From the NCBI GenBank assembly GCA_027451365.1, contig DAIDJN010000026.1, positions 64,494-128,493 of the forward strand: a stretch of DNA of 64,000 bases, in the 5' to 3' direction. Positions 49,590 to 60,371 of this stretch are shown here, piece by piece (within the stretch, counting starts at the first letter, position 1; each line of letters opens with the position of its first letter). This DNA is from Phycisphaerales bacterium. Its GTDB lineage: Bacteria > Planctomycetota > Phycisphaerae > WQYP01. Below the pieces are notes generated by a model. That model was not told the origin of the DNA. It did no database searches and was given only the letters and a program-made list of their open reading frames with translations. The position numbers and the translations under genes were made by a program.

Positions 49590-50631
49590 TTCCTGATGCC
49601 GCGTGCCACAAATGACCCGCTCCCCGCGAACATGGGCAGCACGGCCGCAATTTTCAAACTCAATCAGGCCCCAGATTTCCAAAGCGGGCGGAAATTTTGA
49701 ATATCTCTTTCGGCAGGTAAAAGGTGCGGTAAACGCCCATTCCTGATACTGTAAATGCCGCAGATTCGCTGTGGTCATCCCAGTTGCTTTTCCGCCCGGC
49801 ATTCTGACCAAGGTCCTGCAATAGGCGGTTCTGGCCGCCGTGAACCCATTGCACCCAATGACGGAGGGATTCTTGCGGGCCGGCCTCTGCCAGACCTTTC
49901 CAGTATGGCCCGGTATTTGTGCCCGTCACCGTCACTCCACAGGAAACCCTGTCCGCCCAATAACCCGCAATATTCGGCCTAAATTCCAACGCGGCACGCG
50001 CTCGCGTTGCGCGCTGTCGCATGTCCGGCATGCGGAAAGCGGCTTAAACGCCGCCGCGTTGGGTCGGCGGGAATGCCTTAATTCCACAATGTTCAAGGCA
50101 GACGGGGGACCCGCAGCACGCGACGAAACGGGCAAGATGCCCGCACCCCATCAAGGGCTGACGCCCGCGGCAGTTAGGCCAACCCATAAACTTCCCCAAC
50201 GTAAAAACACAAACGCTCTCCGGCGAAAGTTCCAAGCCACACAATCCATGATCCTGCCTGTCCGCAAGCCGCATACAACCCCGCAGCCCACCGGACAAGC
50301 TGAAATACAGATTAGCCACCACGCAAATGTTTAGATAAATCAATCTCTTTACATTATTATGTGCAATAGGTTTCGGATGGTTAATTGTGGAATGCGGGCC
50401 GCAGATGCGGAAGTGCCAAGCGAATGTGTCTGACTGCTGCCGAAGCATCGGACCAGCACCCGCTGACGCGGCAGACACAACGGCCAGTTCCTCATGCAAG
50501 CCTGTTATCCAAATTCAGGAAGCAACAGGGCAGACACAACGGTCCTGCGGACAGTTAAATCTTAAAGTATCGCGTGATTTGCTGGTTGCGCCGGCGCGGG
50601 CATCTGACCGCCAGAAAGATGGAGGACTATT

Positions 50632-51585
50632 TTACCAGGCTCCGGTCGCAACGTCGCGCACCGGTGCCATGACCACATCAAACGGTGCGGTCTGGGGCAG
50701 GTTGGCCGGACCAGTTGCCGCCGCTCCGATGCCCAGGGTACTGCCGCCACCGGCAGTCCCCGGCGAGGCGTATGTAAAAATATTATCCTGCGACTCACCT
50801 ACATATGGATTATTGGACCATTTGACGTGGGCATCGCCATAGCAGACATTCTGTCCGCGTCCGGCATGATTGCCAGAGTTATAAATCCACGGTGTGGACG
50901 TATTCACCAGCGGCTGAGTTACATCGCGGCGCAACATTCCCGGCGCGGCACTGTCCTGGGCAGGTGCCATATCGCACACCACAGGCAGATCGCTGGAGGC
51001 GTATGTATCGTTCCACCATGCGCCCACGACCGTGGCATTGCTAAGGTAATTCCACGGGTAAGCAATCGAATAGCTTTCCCCAGCGCCGATTAGCGAGGGC
51101 GTAGACGAACCGGCCACCATTCCAAAATTGCTGTAATAGGTCTGACTGGCGCTGAATTCATTGGAAGGATTCAGGCCAAATGGATCAGACGGGCAGATGA
51201 AGCTTTTAGGCGTTATATAACCCTGCAAAACCAGCAACCACATGCAGGCCATGGGTGAACCCTGCTGAACGGGTGTATTGTAAAACCCGTACACCACGGT
51301 GCCCGCGCTGGCGGAACTTCCCGCCAGCGGATTGCCCACATTATTCTGATAGGTGGTGGCAGCCGGCCCGACCACGGTAGGGAAATAATTATTATCGCTT
51401 TGCGCGTAGATAATCATACTTTGCAGAATGCTGCGTTCATTGGCGGAACAAACGGACCGATTGGCCAGTTCGCGCGCTCGCCCCAGCGAAGGCAGCAGTA
51501 TGGCGATTAACAACGCAATAATGGAAATGACCACCAGCAACTCAATTAGTGTGAAACCAGATTTTAAGAATCTGACATTCTGCAT
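50632..51585 (-). CDS. Prepilin-type protein, H-X9-DG-like family (H-X10-DA variant)
   Basis: [51 protein letters not shown]. Confidence 0.9.
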   Translation of the reverse strand: MQNVRFLKSGFTLIELLVVISIIALLIAILLPSLGRARELANRSVCSANERSILQSMIIYAQSDNNYFPTVVGPAATTYQNNVGNPLAGSSASAGTVVYGFYNTPVQQGSPMACMWLLVLQGYITPKSFICPSDPFGLNPSNEFSASQTYYSNFGMVAGSSTPSLIGAGESYSIAYPWNYLSNATVVGAWWNDTYASSDLPVVCDMAPAQDSAAPGMLRRDVTQPLVNTSTPWIYNSGNHAGRGQNVCYGDAHVKWSNNPYVGESQDNIFTYASPGTAGGGSTLGIGAAATGPANLPQTAPFDVVMAPVRDVATGAW

Positions 51586-51912
51586 TGCGTTGGTTCCTGA
51601 AACGTCCGATGCGTCATTTCTGGGTGCAGCATCGGCAGTTGAATGTTCTGCCCGTTGCCGCTGGCAGCGCGATTAAGTGAATCGCCTATATCGAATCCAA
51701 TGGTTGCTATCGGTCCGGCGCACGGATGGAATTTAGAAAAAGGCTGTACAATGCGGCGCAATCAACATTTCTGGCGCGATCATCAGAAAGCACAATGTCG
51801 CCGGAACAAAACATGTGGTTAGATCTGGCGGATTGACCCGACATTATCGGCGGCCCGGCTTGCCCGCTTAGAAGCCCCATTTCCCAGCAGAAATCAGGAG
51901 GCCGGGCAACGG

Positions 51913-53112
51913 TTAGGCCGGTGTCAGGGTTCGTTTTTTCTGGGCGTCATTCATTTGTTCGGCGGTGGGACTGGTGCCGGTTTCCATCATCTGAATAAAG
52001 CAGTCAAAAAGATAGGTGGCATCATGCGGGCCAGGGCTGGCCTCCGGATGATACTGCACCGCAAACACCGGTTCGGATTTCATGCGAAACCCTTCCAGAG
52101 TCTGATCATTCAAATTGATATGCGTGGCCTGGCCGCCCCGTTTTTCAAGAGAAGCCACATCGACCGCGAAGCCATGGTTCTGCGATGTAATTTCCACTTT
52201 TCCGGTTCCGGTGTTGCGCACCGGCTGGTTGCCGCCACGATGGCCGAATTTCAATTTATAGGTTGTGGCTCCCAAAGCCAGGCCAAGAAGCTGATGGCCA
52301 AGGCAGATACCGAAAATCGGTTTTTGACCGATCAATTCACGCAGAGTCCGCTGGGCGTAAGTAATCGGTTCCGGATCGCCGGGGCCGTTGCTTACAAACA
52401 CTCCGTCAGGTTTGTGCGCCAGAATTTCGGCGCTTGTGGCGGACGCGGGCACCACGGTCACGCGGCAACCGCTCTGGACCAGATTACGTAAAATATTCCG
52501 CTTGGCACCGCAATCTAGGGCGACGACGTGAAATTTGGCGGGACCGTGGGCGTCGGTAAACTGTGCCCAAGCGCCTTTGTCCTCTGTCCAAGGATATGGC
52601 TTTGCGGGCGTCACAAGTTTTACCAGGTCCGCCCCGACCAGGCCGGTCCAGGCGTTGGCCTGTTGAATAAGCGCCAGATCATCGTCCACACGGTCTGGAT
52701 CGGTGCAGATGACCCCCTTAAGCGCCCCTTGGGTGCGAAGTTTGCGGACCAAGGCTCTGGTATCAATTCCCGCCAGACCAGCAACCCCCTGTCGCAGAAG
52801 GTATTCATGCAGAGATTCCACCGATCTGAAATTGCTGGCGACGGGCGAAAGTTCCTTGACAATAAAACCATCCACTTGCACTCTTGCCGATTCATCGTCA
52901 TCGGTATTGGCAATACCATAATTTCCGATTTGCGGATAGGTCATGGTGACAATCTGGCCGCGGTAAGACGGATCGGTAAGAATTTCCTGATATCCGCAAA
53001 GTGATGTATTAAACACCACTTCGCCCGCGCGGCATTGCACCGCGCCAAATGCGGTGCCAGTAAATACAGTTCCATCTTCAAGAGCTAGTTTGGCCACAGA
53101 CAGATTGGGCAT
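51913..53112 (-). CDS. carA: Carbamoyl-phosphate synthase small subunit
   Basis: [54 protein letters not shown]. Confidence 0.97.
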   Translation of the reverse strand: MPNLSVAKLALEDGTVFTGTAFGAVQCRAGEVVFNTSLCGYQEILTDPSYRGQIVTMTYPQIGNYGIANTDDDESARVQVDGFIVKELSPVASNFRSVESLHEYLLRQGVAGLAGIDTRALVRKLRTQGALKGVICTDPDRVDDDLALIQQANAWTGLVGADLVKLVTPAKPYPWTEDKGAWAQFTDAHGPAKFHVVALDCGAKRNILRNLVQSGCRVTVVPASATSAEILAHKPDGVFVSNGPGDPEPITYAQRTLRELIGQKPIFGICLGHQLLGLALGATTYKLKFGHRGGNQPVRNTGTGKVEITSQNHGFAVDVASLEKRGGQATHINLNDQTLEGFRMKSEPVFAVQYHPEASPGPHDATYLFDCFIQMMETGTSPTAEQMNDAQKKRTLTPA

Positions 53113-53213
53113 GAAATTCCCCGGAAAAACATAGAGCCGCTGCTGGCTCGATTAGTTCAGCGTTGAAAGTATAGCGTTGACCGGCGGTTGGAACAATATC
53201 CGCACTGTTGGCC

Positions 53214-53287
53214 TGTAGAGCCGAAGTAGAAATGTCACCCCTTAACGGAAATAGAAGTGTCACCTCCGAATCTGGGGTATACCAGAC
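53214..53287 (+). mobile_element. IS1202/ISNCY-like left-end remnant with two tandem subterminal repeats
   Basis: TGT start; GAAGTAGAAATGTCACC (53223) and GAAATAGAAGTGTCACC (53248), 25-bp period; second part matches 34447..34486. Confidence 0.55.
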
Positions 53288-53299
53288 AGGATCGAAAAC

Positions 53300-53630
53300 T
53301 GTAATACTCCCAAACAATGGGCTCGCTGCCAAGGTGGTTTTTACCTGGTTTTCGGAGTCTATTTTGTGTTGGTAAAACGTCGTCAGTTTACGTCGCGGTT
53401 CAAAGACAAGTTGGCCATGGAGGCGATGAAGGGCCAGCGCACTATTGGTGAGTTGGCGGGTTTGTATCAGGTCCATCCGTCGCGTATTGCCGCGTGGAAA
53501 AAGCGCCTTGCGGAATGTTCAGCAATGACATTTGAGGAATCGTCTGTTCAGGGTTCCGGCCATTCCCCGCCGGCGTTGATGGCGCAGTTGTACGAGCCGA
53601 CAGGTCGGTTACAGGCAGAGTTGATCTGTG
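53300..53630 (+). mobile_element. IS3-family remnant (OrfA HTH fragment; no OrfB)
   Basis: KRRQFTSRFKDKLAMEAMKGQRTIGELAGLYQVHPSRIAAWKK...LYE..GRLQAEL from 53366; possible TG end at 53300; downstream sequence not transposase-like. Confidence 0.8.
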
Positions 53631-53979
53631 CCCGCAGTCCGCAGTCAAAGGGGGCGAATAGAGCGCCGGCACGCGGCGACTGGGAATCGTTTTGGTCAAG
53701 GATATGCGGCCGCCCAAATATCACAATCTTTCGACTCCATACATGTTTTTATATATATTTGTTATTTTTACCAGACGTTTCTGGCTGGCTGGCGGGCTTT
53801 GGGCAGACGTGGACCGGCGGTGGAGCGAGGGGGCCGTCCGGCCATCGCTTCCGACGGGGCGTTTTTGTATATCCTGATATCGTTCGGCATCAACCGCCAG
53901 CCTTAGCGCACCGCCCACACTCGCGTCGCCGAACATGGGGCAGGGTACCTTCGCAGGAATGGTGGCACTATTGACGTGG

Positions 53980-54024
53980 CTGAATTGTGGACAGATCGTG
54001 ATGGGTTCGAATCCCGTCGCCTAC
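53980..54024 (+). pseudogene. Probable degenerate 3' half of tRNA-His(GTG)
   Basis: TTGTGGA anticodon-loop-like, intact T arm ATGGG-TTCGAAT-CCCGT, acceptor-like CGCCTAC; no D arm, no CCA. Confidence 0.5.
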
Positions 54025-54106
54025 TTTTCATGCACCTTTTCAATGGCAAGCGCAATCCTTTATATTGAGCGCTCCGGGCTCATGTTTAAAAAAATATCAT
54101 TCCTTA

Positions 54107-54583
54107 TCAAACTGGCACTTTACCTTTATTGATGTCTGCATTCGCGAGATTTGTCAATATAATAATTCCACAAACTAATGCGCCAAGGTTAACTAATCCT
54201 GCCACAATCTCGTAAATTGCAATGGTCCTTACGCGTGATGATGGAACGACTATTTTCGGATCATGTAAATCTGCATATAATTTAAATTCAAAAATAAGAA
54301 GTACAATAAGTGGAACGGCGAAGATGATGCCAAATATCGTTATAAACCAGAACAATGCCATAACGCAATTGCAAATAGCAGAAATAAGTAAGGGGACCTT
54401 AATTATCCCGGGCGGTCGAGGACCATTTTCCAAGGGCTGTGATATGATTTTACTGGCCAGACGGGCCATGGGAATCGGAACCACTGTTCGCTGTGCGCAT
54501 TGCGGACATTTTTGATCTTGCCCGCACAGGGATTCTGGGGCCTCTAGCCTCGTTCCACAATGAGGGCACAGATAATCTATCAT
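54107..54583 (-). CDS. AT-rich Zn-ribbon membrane protein
   Basis: GGAG SD; CPHC...CPQC; three hydrophobic segments; visibly lower GC than neighbours. Confidence 0.75.
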   Translation of the reverse strand: MIDYLCPHCGTRLEAPESLCGQDQKCPQCAQRTVVPIPMARLASKIISQPLENGPRPPGIIKVPLLISAICNCVMALFWFITIFGIIFAVPLIVLLIFEFKLYADLHDPKIVVPSSRVRTIAIYEIVAGLVNLGALVCGIIILTNLANADINKGKVPV

Positions 54584-55238
54584 TATTATTCTCCGCCTGA
54601 ATTGATAGTATCTTCAACTTTTGTGTTTGTTCTGTCAAATTTGGCCTATTTTAATTCTAAAACGACCTTTTTGCTCAGGAAAATGAATAGGGTTTCCGAG
54701 AAATCAACTGGAACGGAATGTAACCAGGAGTTCGGGCATGGGAGCGTCGGATATTATGGAAACGGGCGGCCAGCCGCGCCGCTTCATGGGCGAATTCAAC
54801 GACTTTTCCGGCCGTCAGGGATCGCCGGTTCATGCGCCGCGTTATGCACGCAGTCAGTGGTTGAATCTGCCGCGCAGGAGTCTCGAGACGATCGGCAACG
54901 AAACGGGAATTGATCTGCGGGCATTGCAGACGTTTTGGAAAATCGCCGCCGGGGTAATCACCTGATGGGCATCCGTGTGCACTAAAGGCGGCCGCCCGAT
55001 CAGGTCTAGGAGCTTTCCATTGGAGTTGGAGATAAAACCAGCTTCGTCAAGAAGGGAGAAAAGGCTCCTGATACAGCGTCAATGCAGGGGCACAAACGGC
55101 AGGATCAAAGGTGAGCGGCACCGGAGGCTGGCACCCCCGTGCTGTCGGAGAACCGGTACAGCACACGCCACGCCATATATGTGCAGTGGTCGCATAAAAC
55201 CAGGAATGTGCGAACTTGCGACCGAACGATTGGGGCCT

Positions 55239-57914
55239 TTAGCCGCCGGACTGCGTATAACCGCGGCTGACATAATCAATCAATTGCACCACCAGTGCGG
55301 TCCAGCCGGTCTGATGAGATGCGCCAATTCCCGCGCCGTTGTCGCCATGGAAATATTCATTGAACACAATCAGGTCTTTCCAGAGCGGATTTTGCTGAAA
55401 AAGCATTTCCCCGCCAAGAAATGGCCTGTGCCCATTTTTATCTGGAATGAAAATGGCGATCATGCGTTTAGAAAGCTCTTCCGACAGCGCCCGCAGATTC
55501 ATCTGCTTGCCGGGTTCCACAGGGGAGGCAACAGTCACTTTATCGCCATAGAAGCGATGGAATGTGCGTAAGGCGGTAATCAGCAGATAGGCGGTGGGAA
55601 ACCAGATGGGGCCGCGCCAGTTGGAGTTTCCCCCAAACAGTGCCGTGCGCGATTCCGCAGGTTCATATTTCACGGTCCATTCTTTATTATCAAACCCAAT
55701 GCTGTATGGATGGTCCAGATAATAACGGGAAAGGGAACGCAGGCCGAAGTCAGAAAGAAATTCCGCCGGATCGGCCACACGAGCCAAGGCCCGGCCAAGC
55801 CGCTTGTGGCTGGCAATGCTAAGCAAACAGTGGTTTCCATCTTCCGACCAGGTTATGCCGACGCATTCCCGGGCAATGTGGTCCTGCATTATTTTGGAAT
55901 CCCATCGCTGTTTAAATGCTGGCAAATTGGCAAACCAGCTCTTCTCAAGCACCTGCACCGCATAAAGCGGAATCAGGCCCACACCGGACCGGACGCGCAG
56001 AGGAATGCTCTGGCCGGAATGCCGGCTGGTGATTTTGTCATAATAAAAACCATCCTGAGAATCCCACAAGCCGACACTGCCGTCAGCGGGCGCGTTAATG
56101 GCCTGCGAAATAGCCAGAAAATGGTCAAAAAATTTCAATGCCAGATGGCTGTACACGGGATCATGCTGCGCCAGTTCCAGTCCAATGGTCATCATGTTCA
56201 GACAGAAAAGCCCCATCCAGCCGGTGGCATCCGCCTGTTCCAGAATCTGGCCATCCGGCAGCGGCTGACTGCGATCAAACACGGAAATGTTATCCAGCCC
56301 CAGAAATCCGCCCTGAAATACATTATTTCCGCGGCTGTCTTTGCGGTTCACCCACCAGACAAAACTAAGCAGCAGTTTATGGTACATGCGTTCCAGAAAA
56401 GCCCGGTCGCTCTTTCCATTGCGCAGACGCTTTTCCATATTATAAACGCGCCAGGTCGCCAGCGCCTGAATAGGCGGATTCACATCATCAAATGACCATT
56501 CGTAGGCGGGGATTTGTCCGGACAGATTCTGATACCGCTCGCTGACCATCAGTTCCATTTGTGATTTGGCCAGATCAATGTCCACATAGCCAAGCGTCAG
56601 ACAATGGAACGCCCAGTCCCATGCGGCAAACCAAGGGTATTCCCATGTGTCCGGCATCACAATCACATCAGACGCCTTAAAGCGGGTCCAACCTGAATTA
56701 CGACCCGTCTTTCGTTGTGGCGGCGGCGGATAATCACCATCGCCCTTCAGCCAGACGGCGACATCGTAATTGTAAAACTGTTTGCTCCACAACATACCGG
56801 CAAGGGCTTTGCGATGAATGTCATGAAGTTGGCGATCGGCCGCGGCCGGAACCATAGCCTTGTAGAAACCATCTGCCTCGGCGATGCGGTTATTGAAAAC
56901 AGCGGAAAAATCGGCCATCGGATTTTGCACACCCGCACCGACCAGGGCCGCCTCAACAACCTGCGTTTCACCGGGAGCCATCAGCCAATGGTGATGCACG
57001 CAGGCTTTGGTTCCCCGCGACTGGGGATTGACCGCGGTATGCATGGACCGGACCAGATAGTCGTGAAACGCATCTTTTACAGCCGGGTGGGTATTGGGGG
57101 CGCCATACAGCCGCTGGCGGTTGGTTTCGTTGAAAGTAAAAAGCGGCTCACCGCCGCCATGGGACCAGAACTTGAAGGAACCAAGCTGCGGATGATCTGC
57201 CTGAAAAACCGTGTAATCGCCGGAATCTCCGCCGACCATCCGAATGACCGGTTCCTTGCCTGGTGCAGCGCCCCAGGACCAGGTATTGCGGAACCAGAGC
57301 GTGGGCAACATGTGGAACGTGGCGGAGCTTTTTCCACAGTTTTTAACTGTACAGCGGAATAAAATTTCCTCTGGCGAACGCTTGGCGTATTCGATCACGA
57401 TGTCAAAAAATGCGTCGTCCGCGAATACGCCGGTATCCACAAGTTCATATTCGGGTTGATCAGGTCCGCGATGACGGTTTATTTCCACCAGTTGCCGATA
57501 GGGAAATTCCGCGTGCGGATAGCGGTAGGTCATTTTCATGTACGAGTGCGAAGGCGTGTTTTCCTGAAAGTAGTAGTATTCCTTCACATCTTCGCCATGG
57601 TTACCCTCCTGGTTGGTCAGGCCGAACATGCGCTCCTTTAAAATCGGATCGCGCCCATTCCAGAATACCGGAGCAAAGCAGAGAATCTGCTGGTCATCGC
57701 ACAGTCCACCAATGCCATCCTCATTCCAGCGATAGGCGCGGCTGCGAGCGATATCGTGCGTAAAATAGCCCCACGCATTGCCATCAGGGGAGTAATCCTC
57801 GCGCACCGTGCCCCATGCCCGCTCAGATAAATAAGGCCCCCATTTGCGCCAAACCGCGGCTGTGGCCGGATCGGCCATGCGTTTTTGTTCTTCGTTGGAA
57901 GCGGGTTGACCCAT
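55239..57914 (-). CDS. MGH1-like/GH63-related glucosidase
   Basis: WGPYLSERAWGTVREDYS, GNHGEDVKEYY, MPDTWEYPWFAAWD, GGFLGLDNI, NSNWRGPIW, EYFHGDNGAGIGASHQTGWT. Confidence 0.92.
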   Translation of the reverse strand: MGQPASNEEQKRMADPATAAVWRKWGPYLSERAWGTVREDYSPDGNAWGYFTHDIARSRAYRWNEDGIGGLCDDQQILCFAPVFWNGRDPILKERMFGLTNQEGNHGEDVKEYYYFQENTPSHSYMKMTYRYPHAEFPYRQLVEINRHRGPDQPEYELVDTGVFADDAFFDIVIEYAKRSPEEILFRCTVKNCGKSSATFHMLPTLWFRNTWSWGAAPGKEPVIRMVGGDSGDYTVFQADHPQLGSFKFWSHGGGEPLFTFNETNRQRLYGAPNTHPAVKDAFHDYLVRSMHTAVNPQSRGTKACVHHHWLMAPGETQVVEAALVGAGVQNPMADFSAVFNNRIAEADGFYKAMVPAAADRQLHDIHRKALAGMLWSKQFYNYDVAVWLKGDGDYPPPPQRKTGRNSGWTRFKASDVIVMPDTWEYPWFAAWDWAFHCLTLGYVDIDLAKSQMELMVSERYQNLSGQIPAYEWSFDDVNPPIQALATWRVYNMEKRLRNGKSDRAFLERMYHKLLLSFVWWVNRKDSRGNNVFQGGFLGLDNISVFDRSQPLPDGQILEQADATGWMGLFCLNMMTIGLELAQHDPVYSHLALKFFDHFLAISQAINAPADGSVGLWDSQDGFYYDKITSRHSGQSIPLRVRSGVGLIPLYAVQVLEKSWFANLPAFKQRWDSKIMQDHIARECVGITWSEDGNHCLLSIASHKRLGRALARVADPAEFLSDFGLRSLSRYYLDHPYSIGFDNKEWTVKYEPAESRTALFGGNSNWRGPIWFPTAYLLITALRTFHRFYGDKVTVASPVEPGKQMNLRALSEELSKRMIAIFIPDKNGHRPFLGGEMLFQQNPLWKDLIVFNEYFHGDNGAGIGASHQTGWTALVVQLIDYVSRGYTQSGG

Positions 57915-58057
57915 ACATACCTCACAGCTTCATCAGATAGTTCCTATCAAAGGTCTACCATAAATCGCGCCACGATACCAGTGCGGCAATGGCTTCGGGA
58001 ATTTTGTCCGGCCAGACGCCAGAGTCGCCTTCGGCCGGCGGCACGCATCCGACCAAG

Positions 58058-59488
58058 TCATCCGGCGGTGGGAAGAATGCGGTCCGACGGCTCAACCATG
58101 GTCGCCGGATCCAGCAATTCATCCAGTTGGCTGGCGGAGAGGTCAGTTTTTTCCGCGGCCACCTGACGGATGGTTTTGCCAGATTTGGCCGCCTCTTTGG
58201 CGATAGCCGCGGCGGTTTCATAACCGATAACCGGTGCCAGAGCGGTGGCCAGCATCAGGCCGGCTTCCACCAGTTCCGGGCCGCGCCGCGTGGCGGACAA
58301 ACCATCCACACACTGATCGGCAAAATTAGCCGCGGCCCGGCCCAGCAGCACCACCGATTCATTTAACGCCGCCGCCACCACCGGAATGGTTACAATTAAT
58401 TCAAAATTTCCCGCCGACGCCGCCGCCGCGACCGTGGCATCATTTCCGATAACGCGCTGGCAGACCATCAGCAGACTTTCGGCAATTACCGGATTCACTT
58501 TTCCCGGCATAATGGAACTGCCCGGCTGCACGGCGGGAATCTCGATTTCGCCGAAGCCGGCCCGCGGGCCGCAGCTCATCCAGCGGATGTCATTGGCGAT
58601 TTTAGTCAGACTGATGGCAATGGTTTTCAGCACGCCGGAGGCAAACGCGGCGGAATCCAGCGTGGACTGAGCCTGAAAATGGTTGGCGCTTTCCACTATT
58701 TTAATTCCCTTCCAGTGGGCCAGCAGTTGGCAGACCCGCGGGGAAAATTTGGGATGCGCGTTAATACCCGTGCCCACCGCCGTGCCGCCCAGCGCCACTT
58801 CCGCCAGATCGGCCTCCGCCGCCGCCAGCCGCTGGATGGAACGTTCAATCTGGCCGGCGAAACCGAGAAATTCCTGCCCCATCCGAATGGGAGTTGCATC
58901 CTGAAGGTGGGTACGGCCCGTTTTTATAACTGGCCAGAGTTCGTCACTTTTGCGGCGTAAAGCAGCTTCCAGTTTTTTCAGGCCAGGCGTTAGAACATGT
59001 TTCATTTCCGCCAGCACCGCCACATGCAGGGAAGTGGGTATGGTGTCGTTGCTGGACTGGCCCATGTTCACATGGTCGTTGGGATGCACTGGGGCTTTGT
59101 CGCCACGGCGGCCGCCCAGAATTTCGTTGGCTCGGCTGGCGATGACCTCGTTAAGATTCATGTTTGTGCTGGTGCCCGAACCGGTCTGATAGATATCAAC
59201 GGGGAACTGATCCGAAAGGCCGCCGGCAGAAATTTGATCCGCGGCTTGGCAGATGGCGTCCTTGCGCTTGTCATCCAGCAGGCCAAGCTCATGATTCACC
59301 ACCGCAGCGGCCTTTTTCAGAAGGGCATGCGCGCTGATAAACGCCTGCGGCATCGGCTGGCCCGAAATCGGAAAATTCCGCATAGCCCGGAGCGTTTGAA
59401 CACCGTAATAGGCATCCAAGGGAACTTCCAGGGCACCGATGGAATCTTTTTCAATACGACATCCTTTGGATTGTCCGACCGCGGTCAT
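58058..59488 (-). CDS. fumC: Class II fumarate hydratase (fumarase/aspartase family)
   Basis: QTGSGTSTNMN, HPNDHVN.GQSSND, GRTHLQDATP, GGTAVGTG, GSSIMPGKVNP. Confidence 0.9.
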   Translation of the reverse strand: MTAVGQSKGCRIEKDSIGALEVPLDAYYGVQTLRAMRNFPISGQPMPQAFISAHALLKKAAAVVNHELGLLDDKRKDAICQAADQISAGGLSDQFPVDIYQTGSGTSTNMNLNEVIASRANEILGGRRGDKAPVHPNDHVNMGQSSNDTIPTSLHVAVLAEMKHVLTPGLKKLEAALRRKSDELWPVIKTGRTHLQDATPIRMGQEFLGFAGQIERSIQRLAAAEADLAEVALGGTAVGTGINAHPKFSPRVCQLLAHWKGIKIVESANHFQAQSTLDSAAFASGVLKTIAISLTKIANDIRWMSCGPRAGFGEIEIPAVQPGSSIMPGKVNPVIAESLLMVCQRVIGNDATVAAAASAGNFELIVTIPVVAAALNESVVLLGRAAANFADQCVDGLSATRRGPELVEAGLMLATALAPVIGYETAAAIAKEAAKSGKTIRQVAAEKTDLSASQLDELLDPATMVEPSDRILPTAG

Positions 59489-60371
59489 TTTTCAATTCTC
59501 CAAAAAAACCGGCCTTTATACAGAATTGGCCTTTTACGAAGTTTAAGTCCGCGGGCCGGTCAACTCAAATGTTATTCTGGAAATAAGGTTGGCATCCGGA
59601 CACATTCCACAGGCTGACCGTTCCGCATAATAATGCAACTGCCCTGTGTAGGCAGTGATGCAATTCACCCTCCGGCCGGCAGGATGCATGATGAACCGCG
59701 AATATCGCCAATGGCGCGGAAAATGAGGACTACTTGAGTTAACGCAGGCCAGGTTATGCAATGTTCACAGATCGGAGACCTGACTCGAAATAAGTCTGTA
59801 ATCGGCGACATCGGTGCGATATTTTGCGCGGCGAAACTTTCATAAACCCGTTGGAATTAGCCATTTGCGGTTCCAAATCGCGGTTGGAGCTGGACATGAC
59901 CGATGGTGGACGACTGGCGGCGGCGGCCTGAAGCAAAGGGAAGGTTTCCTCAACTGATTGATTTTCATCGCCGATAAGAGTACAAGAATAAGGCCTCTGC
60001 CATGTTCGTGTTAGCCCGGCATATTGCTTCGGACCGATGAACATTGCAAAAGGACCCCGAACGGGGGATTGATGGACAAGCCTGGTCCCGATTTATCGGG
60101 ACAGTGTGGAAGTCCGGAGCCTTGGTTTGCGCTGGTCCGCCCTTGTCAAAAGGGTTCGAACTCTACCGGCTCACGGCATTGCGGTGGAGGCTTTATTTTG
60201 AATACACGCGCCACATCCGTTCGGGCGGATGGCGTTTGAGAATAAGAACACACAGAACGGGAACATGGCCCGTATCTGGCCGAGGGGGCAGAGACGCTGG
60301 TGCGGGGATCGCGAGAGCGGCTGATGGCCAGAAGGCCTTGCTGGGGCGACAAACATTCGTATGAACAGGCT

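Noticed and set aside
49600..50630. Short ORFs between apgM and the prepilin gene
   Set aside because: No recognisable motifs or consistent frame; may be decayed DNA but unsupported.
54738..54965. 75-aa ORF with LETIGNETGIDLRAL, reminiscent of DRE-TIM/HMGL-like enzymes
   Set aside because: Similarity limited to about 12 residues; cannot support a pseudogene call without a search.
60150..60175. GGGTTCGAACTCT T-arm-like sequence
   Set aside because: Poor stem and no other tRNA arms.
59540..60370. Possible genes in the fumC/GlmU-like divergent gap
   Set aside because: Short ORFs without SD or family signatures.
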